Source: Amoebophrya sp. A120 (lineage: Eukaryota > Protista > Dinoflagellata). From it: a DNA stretch of 64,000 nt. Both the position numbers and the translations under genes were made by a program. How positions within the stretch are numbered: the first letter of the stretch is position 1; every line of letters starts with the position of its first letter. Where the stretch lies: NCBI GenBank assembly GCA_905178155.1, contig CAJINV010000005.1, positions 3,168,833 to 3,232,832 of the forward strand. Reading direction: 5' to 3'. This document shows, in pieces, positions 62,701 through 64,000 of the stretch. The notes beneath the pieces were generated by a model that was not told where the DNA came from, ran no database searches, and saw nothing but the letters and a program-made list of their open reading frames with translations.

Positions 62701-64000
62701 TGGGCGCCCCCCGTGGCACCCGGATCGGCCCCATAGCATGGGGGCTGGCCTTCGGGAAGGAACTTCGGGAATTTGCCAAAATTTGCGATGTTTATCAAGC
62801 GGCCGCCATACCGTGCGGCCTAACGTTACTCACGGCGGTATGGCGAGCCCAGAAAAAGCAAAGCCGCGGCCAAGGCGATGGCCGGCAAGAAAACGCCCAA
62901 CGACCTCACTACCTCCGCCCCGGCGGCTATATTTGGTAACAGAGATATTTGCAATGCTGATCCTTCAAGAATGTTACACCTACAATCTTTTTTTCTTGGA
63001 TACCGCCCTGCGGAGGATCAATTTCGCCACGACAAGGGCACGGTACCACAACATACCCAACCCGTACGCAAACAATGTGACCGGGGCGTGGCTATCCAAG
63101 GTAAATTCTACGATACCAGGTCGTCATCTGGGTCCGAAGACATGCAACGCTTTGTAAAGTTGTAGTTCCTTCATAACGGGCAGCGCTTGCTTGTATACGA
63201 CAAACCATGTACGCAAAACACGATCCCCTTCGAGCAGTAAGCAGTTTTTTGCTCCTGCATTCGAACTGTGCAGGTTTGTTTCATATCTGCATCTCTATGA
63301 AACTGATCCAGACCCGACTCAGGCAACATGTAGTTTGCCATGCATAATTTCCCGGTATGGAGAAGTGTAAGAACCTGACGGCGGTGGAAATCAGCGGCAA
63401 CAAGATCACAGACCTGCCTAATTTGTGGAGGAACGGGGACACGCTGCGAACGCTGGCCGCGTCGAGGAATAGAATAAAGTGCTTCATAGTTTATTTTCGA
63501 TTTTATTTTATTTTGTCAACCTGCGTGATTTTTCGTGAATACTTGATAATTATAGCTTTAGCTCCACCTATTCCTATTATAGCTGTGAGGAGATGAAGAG
63601 AGTAGAAGTCCTCAGATGAACCACTACTCTTTTTTATTCAACAGCCGTTTCCCGCCGAACCTGATCGCGTTCACGATGCTCGAGACCCTGGACCTCGCCC
63701 ACAACCTGATGGCCCAGCCCTTCCCCAAGACCTTCGGGAAGAACATGGTGCGCGCGCGGTCGGTATGCCTTGCAACTATGTCATCTAGGTCTGGAAAGGA
63801 GGAACTTCTGATGCTTGTCTTGCATGAGTGCCAAATCTGTGTTGCATGAGCAGCAAAACAAGTTGTGCTTTTTTTGTCATGCAAAGACGCGCTTTGTGTT
63901 TGTAATGCGCACAACGCATGAGAAGACGCTTGGAAAATCAAAATTAAGATTTGTCATGGTCCACTGCACTGAAAGGCGCACAGAATTATGATCATGCAGC
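59784..64000 (+). CDS. Leucine-rich-repeat protein with N-terminal TM/signal anchor and an LRR N-cap; runs off the window end
   Basis: EKQALIRFFVVMDGFAWRESTNW...SPCWDHWYGITCNEEGRVIEINLVDNRLNG, LTAVEISGNKITDLP, LETLDLAHNLM, assembled after introner removal; the junctions near 60930-61090 and 63100-63350 are unresolved. Confidence 0.82.
60129..60415. mobile_element. Introner, family A variant (287 bp)
   Basis: GTCTGGGTCTGGA / TCCAGACCCAGAC TIR core; flanks TGTTC/TCATC. Confidence 0.85.
60486..60725. mobile_element. Introner, family C (240 bp)
   Basis: Family C TIR; perfect DR CACCG. Confidence 0.88.
61109..61257. mobile_element. Introner, family B (149 bp)
   Basis: Family B TIR; perfect DR GGAGT. 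Confidence 0.9.
61317..61582. mobile_element. Introner, family A (266 bp)
   Basis: Family A TIR; perfect DR TTCAC. Confidence 0.9.
61632..61961. mobile_element. Introner, family F-like (330 bp)
   Basis: TATCAGAGTGCACA / TGTCCACTCTCATA; perfect DR AGGGG; removal restores CNEEGRVIEINL. Confidence 0.85.
62066..63002. mobile_element. Introner, family C, expanded to 937 bp by an ~725-bp nested insert
   Basis: Family C TIRs; perfect DR CCGCC; removal restores NEFPALRRINF. Confidence 0.9.
63764..64000. mobile_element. Introner, family A, degenerate; right end beyond the window
   Basis: TATGCCTTGCAACTATGTCATCTAGGTCTGGAAAG...AATCTGTGTTGCATGAGCAGCAAAA resembles the family A left half. Confidence 0.7.

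Noticed and set aside
63284-63346. Possible 63-bp TAT...ATA mini-element containing TCCAGACCC in the LRR gene
   Set aside because: The flanking repeat is off by one base and the neighbouring exon boundaries could not be resolved.
1-64000. Autonomous transposase, reverse transcriptase, rRNA or tRNA genes
   Set aside because: None recognisable by eye; the enzyme that mobilises the introners is probably encoded elsewhere.

Overview
Eukaryotic, intron-rich genomic DNA. The gene style and intron architecture point to a syndinian dinoflagellate such as Amoebophrya (my inference). It holds about 11 genes, nearly all on the + strand: a small secreted Lys-rich protein, a MAPEG protein, a membrane DnaJ protein, two low-complexity membrane proteins, a complete single-headed-type axonemal dynein heavy chain (12003-36724), a secreted coiled-coil protein, two cyclin paralogues, a partial minus-strand gene and a truncated LRR protein. 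Besides ordinary GT-AG introns, the window contains 38 MITE-like non-canonical introns (introners), all but one (55745) inside an identified gene. They fall into at least six TIR families plus singletons, with TAT...ATA ends (one base changed in four copies) and a 5-bp direct repeat; in genes, removing the element plus one repeat restores the reading frame. They occur in both orientations, most share a hidden TGT(G/C/A)ATGC motif, and two carry 0.7-0.9 kb of cargo. The most unusual structure is the last dynein intron (32596-36296): a polarised array of four copies of the exon end plus splice donor, separated by three different ~1-1.2 kb CTTC(A/T)GAAG-rich cassettes. Each internal copy forms a CAG|GTA recursive-splice-like site. 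All exon boundaries were derived by hand and are not confirmed by transcripts.
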